Shown: positions 22,036 to 33,241, counted from the first letter of the whole stretch. The stretch: 60,968 nucleotides of DNA, filler included, from 5 parts of 5 records of this genome joined end to end with filler, not necessarily neighbours in it; one strand, 5' to 3'. Numbers and translations: made by a program. The notes: a model not told the origin generated them from the letters alone.

Positions 22036-23890
22036 TTACATGCGTTGCATCTGCGCTTCCAGCGCCGCCTCAATGCGTGCCAGCGACTCCTGCAGGTGTG
22101 CCGTTGTATACGTGTCGGCAGCACCCGTGCTTGCCAGGGCCGACTCAATCCGGTCACGCAGTTTCGTTAAGCTGAAGCGCGTCAGTGTCAGCGCGTCGTT
22201 TGGCAGGGAAGCCGGCGCCTTGGTTAACCACGAGCTTAACATCCACAGATGCATGCGCTGCAGTTCACGGCGGTATGCGCCTATTTCACCACCGCTTCCC
22301 AGCTCAGTCCAAACCGAATTGTCGATGCTTTCAAACATCTCCGCCAGGGTGAACTTCGGCTGGCCCTCAGGGAAGCGCAACTCATTATCCAGAATCCGGC
22401 TGATGCGCGGAATGCTGTACAATGTAGACATCGCACCCGCCTGTGCCGACTGCACAACGCTGCGGACGGGGTAGTCCAGACGTGTCATCGTCCAGGTTGT
22501 ACCGAAGAAATCCGGCAGACGCTCAGGCGCCAGTTTGTTAACCAGCTCAGGATCGAAGTCAAACGCACCCGGCTTAAACAGATTATCCAGGATTGTATTC
22601 AGCGCTTCGCGCTGCTTGGCGGCCGGAATAATCTCAAATGGCACGCGGTCGCCCGGATCGCCTACATGGTCGCGAACATGTTTAATACCACCGATGAATT
22701 TGGCCATCGCTGCGGGACCAAAGAAATACGGGCGCCAGGCCGTGCCAAAGGCGCGCCGCAGACGTTGGTAGCGCTCGCCTTTCAGCTCAAATTCAGCCGG
22801 AATGTTGGCCCACATTTCCTGGGACATGCCAAAGCGCTGTTTAAAATACGCAATCGGGTCGTCGCCCAGATCCCAGACATTGCTGTACGGGTCAATCGCA
22901 CGTGCCGCCGTGAAGTATGTGTCTTCATCCGTGGCATACTGCAGGCCTTCTGCCGCAACTCGCGAGATAATATCGTCCAGCATCTGTTTTTCGCTGATCT
23001 CGGAGTCGGGATCAAGCTCGCTGTAAGCGTACTCAACTACCCAGTAGTCGTATGGCCCCAAAGTTGTCTGCAGATATTTACCCTGCTTCTGACCTTTGGG
23101 CGAAAGATTTACCGGATTGTATTCCATCACCGAGCCGGTCATGCCAACCGAATCCGTAAGAGCCGCATTGTGCAGATCGTCAAGGCTGTGGATCGTACTG
23201 CCTTTGAAATTGTGACGGAAGCCAAGTGTATGCCCAATCTCGTGCGAAACCAGATTGATAATGTACTGGCGCACAAATTCGCGCAATTCATCTTTGTCAA
23301 TCAATTCGCCACGTGTCTGCAGCATCGTTCTGCCGAAGTCAGACTCGCGTGCCAGGCCATGCGCGTGTGCACATTGGTGGTCATGGCGATGCCAGGGCAC
23401 CATCTGCAAGATAGAATCGATAGTTGCCTGTTTGTCCTCCTGCGGCTGCTGCCAGGACATCGGGTCTACCTGGTAGTCGTAGTTGCGGTACATCGAACGC
23501 AGCCAGTCGGCCTGCACGCGCACGTCCGCATCGTAAATTTCACCGGTGAAAGGATTGGCGCGCGAAGGCCCAACCGCCGTTCCGCCTCCTGGGTGCATTA
23601 CCCAGCGGACGGTGTTATAACGCACGTCGGCAGGATCCCAGTCGGCGTCATCCGGCATCTGTTTAACTTCAATCGCATCGCGGAAACCAATCTTCTCAAA
23701 CGCATCATTCCACAGCAGAACTCCATCGCGCACGTCGTCGCGGAACTCTGTCGGGATTGTATTTTCCAGCCAAAAAACGATTGGTTTTTTGGGTTTGGAC
23801 ATGCCCAGCGACGGCTCCGATTTCTCCAGATTCCAGCGATTGACGTAGTACACATACGGTGACTCACGCATGATCGAGCTGTAATCCTGG
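22036..23890 (-). CDS. Zinc-dependent metalloprotease (DUF5117/DUF4953-type), 5'-truncated by the contig end
   Basis: HEIGHTLGFRHNF zinc motif, GSVMEY Met-turn, and NPFTGEIYDAD. Confidence 0.88.
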
Positions 23891-23990
23891 NNNNNNNNNN
23901 NNNNNNNNNNNNNNNNNNNNNNNNNNNNNNNNNNTTAATTAATTAANNNNNNNNNNNNNNNNNNNNNNNNNNNNNNNNNNNNNNNNNNNN
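23891..23990. other. Artificial contig linker
   Basis: N-run + TTAATTAATTAA + N-run. Confidence 0.98.
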
Positions 23991-24215
23991 CCTCCCACCC
24001 TATATTTCTACAGGTTAAAATTAATGAAGCCAAGAGTTAACAGCGCTGACGCACCCTACATCGATACTCGGGCCGTCAACTACAAGTCTAACACCACTCA
24101 GCCGGAAGTCAATGCGCCAAAAATCAAACGGACAGTAACCTCCAGGTGAACGGACGGTATTTCCAAATAAACGGCAATGAACCAGATAAAAACTCAAGCA
24201 GTAAAAGCCGGCAGC

Positions 24216-24677
24216 CTAGGCGTGATCGTGACTGCAGCGCACCCAGGCCGATTCACCATCCACATACTCTTCCTTTTTCCAGATGGGCAGTTCGTGTTTT
24301 ACAGCATCTATAATCTCGCGGCAGGCAGCAAAACACTCATTGCGATGGCGCGAAGCTACTGCCACCATAACCGCCGGCTCCTCCAACTGCAGATGCCCCG
24401 TCCGGTGAACAGCATATAGTCGGTGAATCGCATGCCGCTCGCGGACCGCTGCACAAATCTGACGCAGCAAATTCAAACACATCTCCGGGTAGGCCTCGTA
24501 GTTTAACGCACGCACCGCACGCCCATCGTTGACGTCGCGCACCGTACCCAGAAAAATATCAATCCCGCCGCTGGCCGCGCTGCGCACGAAATCCAAACCG
24601 GCGGGAATATCGATCGGTGTAGACTGAATGGCCAGACGCGTTTCCGCGTCCGACCATTCGTGTATACTTTTAAGCAT
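24216..24677 (-). CDS. moaE: Molybdopterin synthase catalytic subunit
   Basis: FLGTVRD, LNYEAYPEM, HRTGHL and PIWKKE motifs. Confidence 0.93.
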   Translation of the reverse strand: MLKSIHEWSDAETRLAIQSTPIDIPAGLDFVRSAASGGIDIFLGTVRDVNDGRAVRALNYEAYPEMCLNLLRQICAAVRERHAIHRLYAVHRTGHLQLEEPAVMVAVASRHRNECFAACREIIDAVKHELPIWKKEEYVDGESAWVRCSHDHA

Positions 24678-24717
24678 CTATTTCATCTCAAAGCGTTCAA
24701 CAGAATCACAGGCCTGC

Positions 24718-26007
24718 TCAGGCTTCGGCACGCAACCACTGGAAAACCTGCGGAAGAGTGACTTTTTTACCCGACCGCAAAATTCCAATGCGATAGATTT
24801 TGCCCGCCAGACGCAAGATACCGACTAATGCGAGAATATTGCCAAACAGCGCGACTCCAACCTGCCACCAGGGCACATTTGAAAGCGCCATGCGAGCGGG
24901 CATAACCATGAAGGATGAGATCGGCAACATCGAACTGATTACACCAAGCTGGGATGCGGGGTTGGCAACAATTGAGATTGCGATAAAGAATGGAATCATG
25001 ATTAAACTGACGACCGGCCACATACCCTGCTGCGCGTCCTGTTCATTATCAAACATTGCGCCAACTGCGGCAAAGAGCGCCATAAATGTCACCAGGCCCA
25101 TAAAAAAGTTAAGCACGAAGTACAGAAGAAGGCCAACTTCCAGCGAACCCGTGACTCCACTGATTTTTTCAGCCATGCCTTCCGGTAAAAAGCTGAGCTG
25201 CAGGACCGAGAAGATCATAAGTGGCAGGAACCAGATTAACATTTGCACAATTCCAGTGATAACTGTGCCTGCAACCTTGGCCGTCATTAACTCGCCCGCG
25301 TTAACCGATGAAAGTAAAATTTCAACAATGCGCGAACTCTTCTCCTGTGTAACCGCACGCAGAAGCTGCATGCCGTTAATAAACATGGAAATGTAGAGCA
25401 GGAAGGTAAATGTAAAGGCAAGGATTACGCTCCCGGAACCTTCCTCCGTCACATCTTTATCTTCTGAAATTTTAAACGCATCCAGGTCTGCGCGTTGACG
25501 GGCAAAGGTAACATCCTCACGCGCTACATCGCGCCCCACAAAATGCAGCTCTACCAGGGCGCTGTTAACTGCACTGGAGACACGGCGGCTTAAGCTCATA
25601 TTATTTGGGTTGGCAGAATAAAACTCAAATGACTTGCTCTGCCTGGCCGTGAGTGGGATAAAAAATGCACCGGTAAGCGAATCACTCATAAACGCCGAAC
25701 GATTGGCTTCAATGTACTTGTCAAACTCGGCACGGCTCATCGTCCTGTAGTCGGCTGTGATACCGCCACTGAGAACGTCCTCATGTTCGTTCATCAGGCC
25801 CCGCAAAATGTCATTGATAAAAGGTTCTTCCTCTACAATCACAATGCGGGCGTCTTTAACGCCATCTATAGCAGACATCAGCCCCACGACCAAAAAACCG
25901 CTCATAAACAGAACGGGCATCAGAATGGTCATGATGATAAACGTTTTATTGAGCATCAAGGCTTTGACTTCGCGCTTGATGACGGCAAGTGTTCTGTAAT
26001 TAAACAT
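24718..26007 (-). CDS. ABC-2 type exporter permease (NatB-like)
   Basis: AVTQEKSSRIVEILLSSV motif; multiple TM segments; AGKIYRIGIL end. Confidence 0.88.
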   Translation of the reverse strand: MFNYRTLAVIKREVKALMLNKTFIIMTILMPVLFMSGFLVVGLMSAIDGVKDARIVIVEEEPFINDILRGLMNEHEDVLSGGITADYRTMSRAEFDKYIEANRSAFMSDSLTGAFFIPLTARQSKSFEFYSANPNNMSLSRRVSSAVNSALVELHFVGRDVAREDVTFARQRADLDAFKISEDKDVTEEGSGSVILAFTFTFLLYISMFINGMQLLRAVTQEKSSRIVEILLSSVNAGELMTAKVAGTVITGIVQMLIWFLPLMIFSVLQLSFLPEGMAEKISGVTGSLEVGLLLYFVLNFFMGLVTFMALFAAVGAMFDNEQDAQQGMWPVVSLIMIPFFIAISIVANPASQLGVISSMLPISSFMVMPARMALSNVPWWQVGVALFGNILALVGILRLAGKIYRIGILRSGKKVTLPQVFQWLRAEA

Positions 26008-26941
26008 TCGGCACCTCCAGCATTCCGGCAGCGCCGTCCTTCACATCATCTCCGGCTACGCGCACAAAGATTTCATGCAGTGAGATTGTGTGTGCGTCAA
26101 AGCGTTTAACCACGATATTATTCTGAACCAGCAATCGTAACAATTCTTGTATATCGTTCTCCTGTTTGACGAGTATTCCAGTAGTGTTGCCAAAGTCTTC
26201 GATTGTCTCAATAATTGGATTGCCATGCAGGAAGCTCAAGTCACCTTCCGACTGGATCGTAACATTGCGGTTGCCATACTCACGGCGGATATCCGCCAGC
26301 GGTCCATTCAGCAGGGCCTGACCTTTGTGGATTAAACAAATGTTATCACACATCCGGTCAGCAAAATCCATTAGGTGTGTTGAGAAGATAATGACCTTTC
26401 CGCGGCGCTTAAGATCGAGAATCATGTCGCGAATGATCGATGTATTGACCGGGTCGAGGCCGGAGAATGGCTCATCCAGAATCACGAATTCAGGGTCGTG
26501 CAGGATGGTACTGACGAACTGTATTTTCTGTTGATTCCCCTTTGACAAGTCTTCCAGCTTGGAATCCTTGCGGTCGATCAGATCAAATTGCTCAAGGTAT
26601 TCAAATGCGCGCTGTTTAACGTTTGTGCCTTTATGACCTTTGAGTTCGGCAAAGAACAGCAGCGTATCAATCACCGTCATTTTCTGATAGAGTCCACGTT
26701 CTTCCGGCAGGTAACCGACTATGGACTTAAACTCCTCACCGGGTTTAACGCCGCGCAGCAGGACTTCACCCGAATCCGGTTTATAAATATCCATCATCAT
26801 GCGGATTGTGGTGGTTTTACCCGCACCGTTACGTCCCAGCAGACCAAAAATCACGCCTTCCGGGATGCTGAATGAGACGTCATCGACTGCAACGACGTCT
26901 CCAAACCGCTTTTTGAGATTCTGAACCTCGAGTGCAAACAT
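26000..26941 (-). CDS. ABC exporter ATP-binding protein
   Basis: GRNGAGKTT, LSKGNQQKIQ and LDEPFSGLDP motifs. Confidence 0.92.
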   Translation of the reverse strand: MFALEVQNLKKRFGDVVAVDDVSFSIPEGVIFGLLGRNGAGKTTTIRMMMDIYKPDSGEVLLRGVKPGEEFKSIVGYLPEERGLYQKMTVIDTLLFFAELKGHKGTNVKQRAFEYLEQFDLIDRKDSKLEDLSKGNQQKIQFVSTILHDPEFVILDEPFSGLDPVNTSIIRDMILDLKRRGKVIIFSTHLMDFADRMCDNICLIHKGQALLNGPLADIRREYGNRNVTIQSEGDLSFLHGNPIIETIEDFGNTTGILVKQENDIQELLRLLVQNNIVVKRFDAHTISLHEIFVRVAGDDVKDGAAGMLEVPNV

Positions 26942-27223
26942 ACATTTAGCCCTCCGTGAATGACCACATCATTTATCCGAGCGATTGCCCGGATTCGCGT
27001 TCGTGTGCCGTACGCTGTTGAATTAGCTTCGCCGAAAAATCTCGCACCGGCGTGCTAATTCCTCGCTTGCCAACGGATGCAGCCGCTAAAAGTTGCGCCG
27101 TCGGCATAATAATCCCACCGACAAAAAAGCGGGTATTTTTTTAATTGCGGTCGCAACTTTCACAAGCCAGGCCCGTAGCCGCGCAGCCACATTTCTCCCG
27201 TAGGGCTTTAACATTTCGGGCGG

Positions 27224-27472
27224 TCAGCCACCGCTTACTGGTGGGATTACACTGACTTCATCGTTGTTATTTAACAAACTCACGCTGTTAACATACTGCA
27301 TATTTATCGCCAGGCGGCTGTGGTCGCGGTGGGCCTCCATGCCGGGATAACGCTTCAGTAAAACAGCCCAAACGTCTTCAGTCGTCGCGCCGTCGGCCAG
27401 CTCAAGCTCTTCACCCGAACAGCCGCTTATCTCGCGTGCAATTGCAAAGTACTTCATCTGAACTCGCGGCAT
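27224..27472 (-). CDS. moaD: Molybdopterin synthase sulfur carrier
   Basis: YFAIARE near the N-terminus; C-terminal IPPVSGG. Confidence 0.93.
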   Translation of the reverse strand: MPRVQMKYFAIAREISGCSGEELELADGATTEDVWAVLLKRYPGMEAHRDHSRLAINMQYVNSVSLLNNNDEVSVIPPVSGG

Positions 27473-27553
27473 GCAGTCCTCCTTTAACCCTTTCGTACCG
27501 GCGGCGCCCAGCACCACCACCCAGCGCCACCACCTATAGTCAATTGTTAAAAC

Positions 27554-28807
27554 TTAGATTTCCTGCACCAGGATTTCCGTTCCGGCGGCTATGTCGGCAC
27601 CAGGCTGCAGTAGCAGCAATCCTGCAGACCGGCTGACACCGCTGAGCATGTGCGAGCCCTGATGACTGGCGGCAAAGGCCTGCCACTCCGTGCCGCTCTT
27701 CTGCAATTGCAGTCGCACATACACCGGCCGGCGTCCTTTGTTAACAAGCGGCGCGCCGGCCCGGGCACTGATTGGCTCACGTGCGGGAAGTCCGGCGGCA
27801 GCACGCAGCAGCGGCTGAATATACACCGTAAAACAGACATGCGCTGAGACGGGGTTTCCCGGCAGTCCAAATAGCAATTGTTCGCCGCGTTTCGCAAAAT
27901 AGAGCGGCTTGCCCGGCTTCTGATTCACGCGCCAGAAGATCGTTTCGAAGCCCGACGATTCAGCACAGGCGCGCACCAGGTCATGCGGCCCAACCGAAAT
28001 TCCACCAGAGAAAATGATGACATCCGCGTTCACATCCAGGGCCGCCTCAAGCGCGCGCGTATGTTCCGCCATCGTGTCCCCCGCTTGCGCACGCGGCAGC
28101 GCTACAGCTGCCGACTCCTGAATCAGCGCAGTTAACATCGGACCATTAGAATCGCGCAGGCCACCGACTGGCAATGCCCCCGGATGCCAGTGCGAAACCA
28201 GCTCACTCCCGGTCACAATTGACGCCGCGCGCAAACGCCGCCAGACAGCCACGGTCGGATAGCCCTGACCGGCAAGCACGCCAATCTGGGCCGAATTTAT
28301 CAGAGTACCCTGTTTAATCAGAGTATCGCCGGCACGGAACTCTTCGCCCTGACGGCGGATGTTGGCACCAGCTTTTTTGACTGTATTGATTTTAACAGCT
28401 TTGGCCGGCACAGAGTCGCCGATGCTGCAGTCTTCCTGCGGAATCACCGTGTCGCCGCCACGCGGAATTGTGGCGCCCGTACTGATGCGCACCGCTGTTC
28501 CCGCCAAAACCGCACCATCAAAGGGCGCGCCGGCGCTACTTTCGCCAATTATTGTTAACTCAACCAGCCCTGCGCCGGGATCAGTCGCCAGGTGTTGCAC
28601 GTCCTGCCAGCGCAGACAGTATCCATCCATCGCACTGTTATCAAAACGCGGCGAGTCCTCACGTGCTGTAATGTCCTGCGCCAACAGCATTGTATGTGCC
28701 GCTTCAGTCGCCAGCAAAACAGCTTCCGGCGCGGGAGCATGCGCGTTTATCAACTGCACAGCCTCGGGAATTTCAATCATCAGACCAGTCTCCAGGCTTT
28801 GCGGCAC
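27554..28807 (-). CDS. moeA: Molybdopterin molybdotransferase
   Basis: PRFDNSAMDGY, SGGISVG, KPGKP and GLPGNPVS motifs. Confidence 0.94.
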   Translation of the reverse strand: MPQSLETGLMIEIPEAVQLINAHAPAPEAVLLATEAAHTMLLAQDITAREDSPRFDNSAMDGYCLRWQDVQHLATDPGAGLVELTIIGESSAGAPFDGAVLAGTAVRISTGATIPRGGDTVIPQEDCSIGDSVPAKAVKINTVKKAGANIRRQGEEFRAGDTLIKQGTLINSAQIGVLAGQGYPTVAVWRRLRAASIVTGSELVSHWHPGALPVGGLRDSNGPMLTALIQESAAVALPRAQAGDTMAEHTRALEAALDVNADVIIFSGGISVGPHDLVRACAESSGFETIFWRVNQKPGKPLYFAKRGEQLLFGLPGNPVSAHVCFTVYIQPLLRAAAGLPAREPISARAGAPLVNKGRRPVYVRLQLQKSGTEWQAFAASHQGSHMLSGVSRSAGLLLLQPGADIAAGTEILVQEI

Positions 28808-28866
28808 CCTGCTGCTGCATCTGCAGCCCTGTGCGTTTTTGATCGGCGCTATAGCTGTCTAAAGTC

Positions 28867-29835
28867 TCACGCATCAGACTGCTCATCCGCATTTTCGGAT
28901 TTGGAGGGCGGCGTCGAAGGACCGGAATGTCCCAAATCATGAATCATCGGGATTGCATGCAGCAGCCCGGGAAACAGCGCCTGAATTGATTCGCGCGCAC
29001 CGTTGGTACTGCCCGGCACCGAGATAATCAGTGTGCTACCGCGCAGCCCAGCCACCTGGCGCGAAAGCATTGCAAAAGGTGTGCGGTCAAATCCGTAGGT
29101 GCGCATCAGCTCGGCAATTCCGGGCGCAGATTTGTCGATCACAGAATTGATCGCTTCGGGCGTAACATCGCGCGTACCAAATCCCGTGCCGCCTGTTGTG
29201 AAGACAAGGTCGGTGCGCCCCTCATCGGCCAGACGACATAACTCTGCAGCAATTAACTCGCTTTCGTCCGGCAAAATTTTGTGCTCAGTGACTTCTACGC
29301 CCTGGTTTTCCAGGAATGTCGCAATCGTGCTGCCCGAACCGTCGACGCGCGTCCCGGCATGCGCTGAATCTGAAATCACAAGAATCGCTGCGCGCGGAGC
29401 AGTTGCAAACTTGTCCGTAAAGTCACTCTTGCCGCCACGCTTTGAGATCAGGCGTGTACCGCCAATTTCCAGATTGTCGTCTACCGGTTTGAGCATATCG
29501 TAAAAATTGAGCCCGGCAGCCTGCACAGCGGCCAGCGCTTCCATCTCAACTCCGGTCTTCCACACTGAACGTACACGCGCCTCAATGCCAATCTCCCTGC
29601 CTTCAAATGAAAATTGCAGGTCGACGTAGTCGAGTGGCATTGAATGGCAAAACGTGATCCAATCAGACGTGCGTTTGGCTGCGTGAATCCCGGCAGCACG
29701 CGCCGTCGCCAACACATCACCTTTGGGCGGCATAATGCCCTCGCGCAGGCGCGTCACGGTCTCCGGCGACGCAATGACGCTGCCACGGGCAACCGCCGTG
29801 CGCAGAGTTGAGCGTTTATGCGAAATGTCAATCAT
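28867..29835 (-). CDS. moaCB: Bifunctional MoaC / MoaB-MogA fusion
   Basis: N-terminal MIDISHK...KTGVEMEAL...YDMLK (MoaC); C-terminal TTGGTG..RDVTPEA...PGS (MogA/MoaB). Confidence 0.9.
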   Translation of the reverse strand: MIDISHKRSTLRTAVARGSVIASPETVTRLREGIMPPKGDVLATARAAGIHAAKRTSDWITFCHSMPLDYVDLQFSFEGREIGIEARVRSVWKTGVEMEALAAVQAAGLNFYDMLKPVDDNLEIGGTRLISKRGGKSDFTDKFATAPRAAILVISDSAHAGTRVDGSGSTIATFLENQGVEVTEHKILPDESELIAAELCRLADEGRTDLVFTTGGTGFGTRDVTPEAINSVIDKSAPGIAELMRTYGFDRTPFAMLSRQVAGLRGSTLIISVPGSTNGARESIQALFPGLLHAIPMIHDLGHSGPSTPPSKSENADEQSDA

Positions 29836-29883
29836 ATCTTATCAGGCGATTTTGTTCGTTGTTGTCACAAAGACCATTTGTGT

Positions 29884-31188
29884 TTAAGAGCGCGCCGCAA
29901 ACTTCGAATGTACAAATAGGAGCAGGGCGCCGACCAGCATGGCCAACATCAAATTTTTTGTGAGGACGCTCAGCAATCCAATCAATACGGCCACAGCAAT
30001 TTCAAAAGGCGAATCCAGGCGGCGCACAAAACCAAGCATGCGTGCCGCGTCAAACAGCAGCAGCGCCGCCAGCAGCACAACCGGAATCGAGAGTAGCGCC
30101 GCAAGCAAAGGATCGATCAGCGCCACACCGATAAACAGCGCGCCGAGAATTATCGTAGCGCCCCCGGTTCTCGCACCAAATTGGGCATGGGCCGCCAGGC
30201 CCCCGGCTCCGTGACAAACAGGAAAACCACCCAGAAGGCCAATCCCAATGTTTGCATAACCGATTGAGCCGGCCAGCGCCGCTGGACTCACGCGCTGCAT
30301 GCGCTCAGGCCACAAATCGCGCGCCGTTTCATCCGCAGCATAAACCGCATTCCCGAGAGTCAGGGGTAACTGCGCAATAATCAGCACGCCGGCGGCTTCC
30401 CAGAAAACCCAGGGCTCGCTGAGCAGGTATCGCAAGGTATCCAGCCAACGCGTAGACATATCGCTCAAAATCAGGTCGAGCAGTCCCGGCGGGCCTCCAA
30501 AAGGCGAGGGCCGCCACTGAGTTGCCGGCATATCAGCTCCCTGTAGCAATCCTACAAGCAGGGCGCCTCCCAGCAAGAGCGGCGCTATGTGCCAACCGCG
30601 GCGGAACTGCAGCACCCAGAGCAGAAGCACAACAGCCAGCAAAATGCCCGCCGTCAGCCACCAGTCACTTGGCCAAAAATTGGGCCAAAAGTTGGGACCA
30701 TAACTTGACCAAGGGTTTGCCCCCGAATATAGAGTCCAGCCATGTGCCGTACTCAGCTCCCAGGCTTTGATGCCCAGCATCAGCCCGATCCCCAGCTGCA
30801 CACCGCGAATCATTGCCGGCTTCATCACTCGCTGCAGGCGTGAAATCAGACCGCTGCGCGCCAGGAACACAAACAGCAGTCCGTACAGAACCGCTACGGC
30901 CGCAAGCAGTGTCGGCTCGTATTCGTGTACCAGCGCCAGCACCGCCATCGCTTTCAGCGGCTGGATCGACATCGGAATGCGATACCACCAGGCGCAGATG
31001 ATGTACGCCACACCCCAAAGAGCAAACAGATACCCAGCCTGAAATCCGTTCGTGAGCGCCAGCGCTGTAATAATTGGCAGGCTGATGCCCAGGTCGCCAA
31101 CGGCGCCGCTCCACTCGGACCAGCCGAAAGTGTTGCGCGGCAGCGGCTGAGCGGCCGGTATATGTTTTGGCGGCACGCCGGTCTTCAC
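29884..31188 (-). CDS. Putative molybdate transporter (MOT1-like)
   Basis: GAVGDLG, PMSIQPLKA and PVCHGAGGLAAH..FGARTG motifs; lies inside the Moco operon. Confidence 0.82.
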   Translation of the reverse strand: MKTGVPPKHIPAAQPLPRNTFGWSEWSGAVGDLGISLPIITALALTNGFQAGYLFALWGVAYIICAWWYRIPMSIQPLKAMAVLALVHEYEPTLLAAVAVLYGLLFVFLARSGLISRLQRVMKPAMIRGVQLGIGLMLGIKAWELSTAHGWTLYSGANPWSSYGPNFWPNFWPSDWWLTAGILLAVVLLLWVLQFRRGWHIAPLLLGGALLVGLLQGADMPATQWRPSPFGGPPGLLDLILSDMSTRWLDTLRYLLSEPWVFWEAAGVLIIAQLPLTLGNAVYAADETARDLWPERMQRVSPAALAGSIGYANIGIGLLGGFPVCHGAGGLAAHAQFGARTGGATIILGALFIGVALIDPLLAALLSIPVVLLAALLLFDAARMLGFVRRLDSPFEIAVAVLIGLLSVLTKNLMLAMLVGALLLFVHSKFAARS

Positions 31189-31190
31189 CC

Positions 31191-32252
31191 TCAGCCTCCA
31201 ATCAAACTCATGGAGGCGTGTTCGCGACCGCGACCGGTGGAATCCGCTGCAAAGCCGTCGCGCGCCTTGTGTGCCACGCTGCTGCGTAAAAGTTCGGCCA
31301 GCTTGGAATCATCCGCGCCGTCAGGACTGCGCATCAATTGTTTAACATCGGCTTCATCGGCGCCGTAGAGACAGGACTTGATGCGCCCGCGTGAAGTCAC
31401 GCGCAAACGATTGCAGGTGCCGCAGAAGGTGCGGCTGAATCCCGCAATAATTCCGAGTGTTCCGCTGAAGCCCGGAACGCGGTAGCGGCGGGCCGTGGCG
31501 TGCGGCGCCATCCCCAAAGACTCAATGTCGGGGAAATGCTGCGTCAGCTCGGCCAGAATCTCGCGATGAGTCCACTGCGTCGCATCGGGTCGCCCCAATG
31601 CCCCCGCAGGTGAAGCTCCATCAAAAGGCATTTTTTCCAGAAAGCGCACTTCCAGCGGGTGATCGCGCGCCAGCAGCGCCAACTCATGCAGCTCATCGTG
31701 ATTAACACCTGCCTGCACAACCACATTAATCTTGAGCGCAACGGGAGCGCTGCGCAGCAGGTTGAGCGCCTCAAGCGCGGTCGCAAATTTATCGCGCCGC
31801 GTCAGCTGTGCATAGCGGTCGGCACGCAGTGAATCGATACTGAAATTTATTCCGTCCAGGTAGGGAACAACCTGATCGTAGAGTGCAGGAATCAGAAGGC
31901 CATTAGTCGTCATCTGCACTGCATCCAGAGCGCCGGAAGTGCGCATGCCTTTGAGTGATTGCAGCAGCTGCGGCAGCCCCTTGCGCACGAGCGGCTCACC
32001 GCCGGTGATGCGCACGCGGCGGACGCCCAGCGTGGCGGCGACGGTGACCAGTCGCTCACATTCAGCCAGGCTCAGAAGTTCGGCATGCGGCACGTGTGCC
32101 ACACCTGCTTCAGGCATGCAATACGTGCAGCGCAGGTTGCAGTAGTCGGTGACGGACAGGCGCAGATAGTCGATTCTGCGGCCAAAGGAATCGACCAGAA
32201 TAGACTCGGCGCCCGCGCCGTAGAAACGTGGGACGTGATCAGTCGTGACCAT
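31191..32252 (-). CDS. moaA: GTP 3',8-cyclase (radical SAM)
   Basis: YLRLSVTDYCNLRCTYC, TGGEP, FCGTCNRLR..C motifs; ends MSLIGG. Confidence 0.96.
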   Translation of the reverse strand: MVTTDHVPRFYGAGAESILVDSFGRRIDYLRLSVTDYCNLRCTYCMPEAGVAHVPHAELLSLAECERLVTVAATLGVRRVRITGGEPLVRKGLPQLLQSLKGMRTSGALDAVQMTTNGLLIPALYDQVVPYLDGINFSIDSLRADRYAQLTRRDKFATALEALNLLRSAPVALKINVVVQAGVNHDELHELALLARDHPLEVRFLEKMPFDGASPAGALGRPDATQWTHREILAELTQHFPDIESLGMAPHATARRYRVPGFSGTLGIIAGFSRTFCGTCNRLRVTSRGRIKSCLYGADEADVKQLMRSPDGADDSKLAELLRSSVAHKARDGFAADSTGRGREHASMSLIGG

Positions 32253-32261
32253 TAGTGGAGA

Positions 32262-32412
32262 GACTCCTTTTCAAGTGTGGAAGGCTGTACCGTTTCCAGC
32301 ACAACCCTGGCCGGCTGAGTGCCGACGGCCGAACTTCGTAGCGCAGCTCTCTGCGCGCTCACCGGAAGTGAGCAGGCACACAACTGCACGGTAGAAAATG
32401 CGGCTCGGAGTT
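32262..32412 (-). ncRNA. Molybdenum cofactor (Moco) riboswitch
   Basis: Minus strand reads ACTCCGAGC...TTCGGCC-GTCGGC/GCCGGC-CAGGGTTGTGCTGGAAACGGTACAGCCTTCC...GAAAAGGAGT. The ACTCC/GGAGT closing stem covers the moaA RBS. Confidence 0.85.
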
Positions 32413-32431
32413 TACACTTTGATCAAATGTG

Positions 32432-33040
32432 TTATTTCAGATTATTCGCACGCATATAGCTGCGTGCACGCTCTAAATCTTCGGGAGTGTTGATATTGAT
32501 AAATTCTTCGGCTGGAATATGCGGCGCCACCTCGCGCAGGTCAATAATTTCGGCGCCGCAGCGCTCACTTAACGCTTCAATGCGCAGCTCACCGGAATGC
32601 ACCCCGGCTTCCAGACAGTCCACACTGCGACGCGGCCACAGGCAGATAAGATTTTCCTGCCCGGCGGCGGAGCGGATCACCAGCGGACCGTCCTTGCGTC
32701 GCTTCTTGTATAGCAGCAGCAGCACTTCAAAACGTAGCAAAGGCACATCTACAGGTATAAACAGGACAAAGGGACGCAGCGAGGTGTGCAGGATCGCAGA
32801 AATTCCGCCGGCAGGCCCCCAGTCGTGATTCATATCTGGCATATGGTGGTTGATATTATCGACCGGGTAGGGATCTTCGGCGCCAACAGATATCAGGACT
32901 TCATCCGTCAGCTGCAAACCCAAATCTATCGCGCGTTGCAGCAAGGTGCGCCCTTCCAGCTCCACGAGCCCCTTATTCTGTCCAAAACGGCGGCTTTGGC
33001 CCCCTGCCAGAATCGACACGGTTACGTCGATGTATCGCAT
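32432..33040 (-). CDS. mobA: Molybdenum cofactor guanylyltransferase
   Basis: ILAGGQSRRFGQNK, GPAGGI, PVDVP and FININTPEDL motifs. Confidence 0.92.
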   Translation of the reverse strand: MRYIDVTVSILAGGQSRRFGQNKGLVELEGRTLLQRAIDLGLQLTDEVLISVGAEDPYPVDNINHHMPDMNHDWGPAGGISAILHTSLRPFVLFIPVDVPLLRFEVLLLLYKKRRKDGPLVIRSAAGQENLICLWPRRSVDCLEAGVHSGELRIEALSERCGAEIIDLREVAPHIPAEEFININTPEDLERARSYMRANNLK

Positions 33041-33241
33041 TGATGTGTCCCGATTAGTCCCCAAGAATACCGCAATGCCGACGGACGGCAGCGCTTTAAA
33101 ATGTGACGAGTCCGATTTGTAGTGAAATCGGACTCGCCTCAACTAACTAAGTCATCAGCAATACTAGCTGGAACGGGCCGCTGATATAAGGTAGGACGGC
33201 ACCTCCCGCAAGCCTGTCAGGCTGCTATACTGTCGCTGAAA

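Noticed and set aside
22249-23862. 537-aa plus-strand ORF
   Set aside because: Antisense shadow of the metalloprotease, with no recognisable motifs.
30664-30700. Short tandem duplication encoding PNFWPNFWP in the MOT transporter
   Set aside because: In-frame 12-bp two-copy repeat in a probable loop; no evidence of phase variation.
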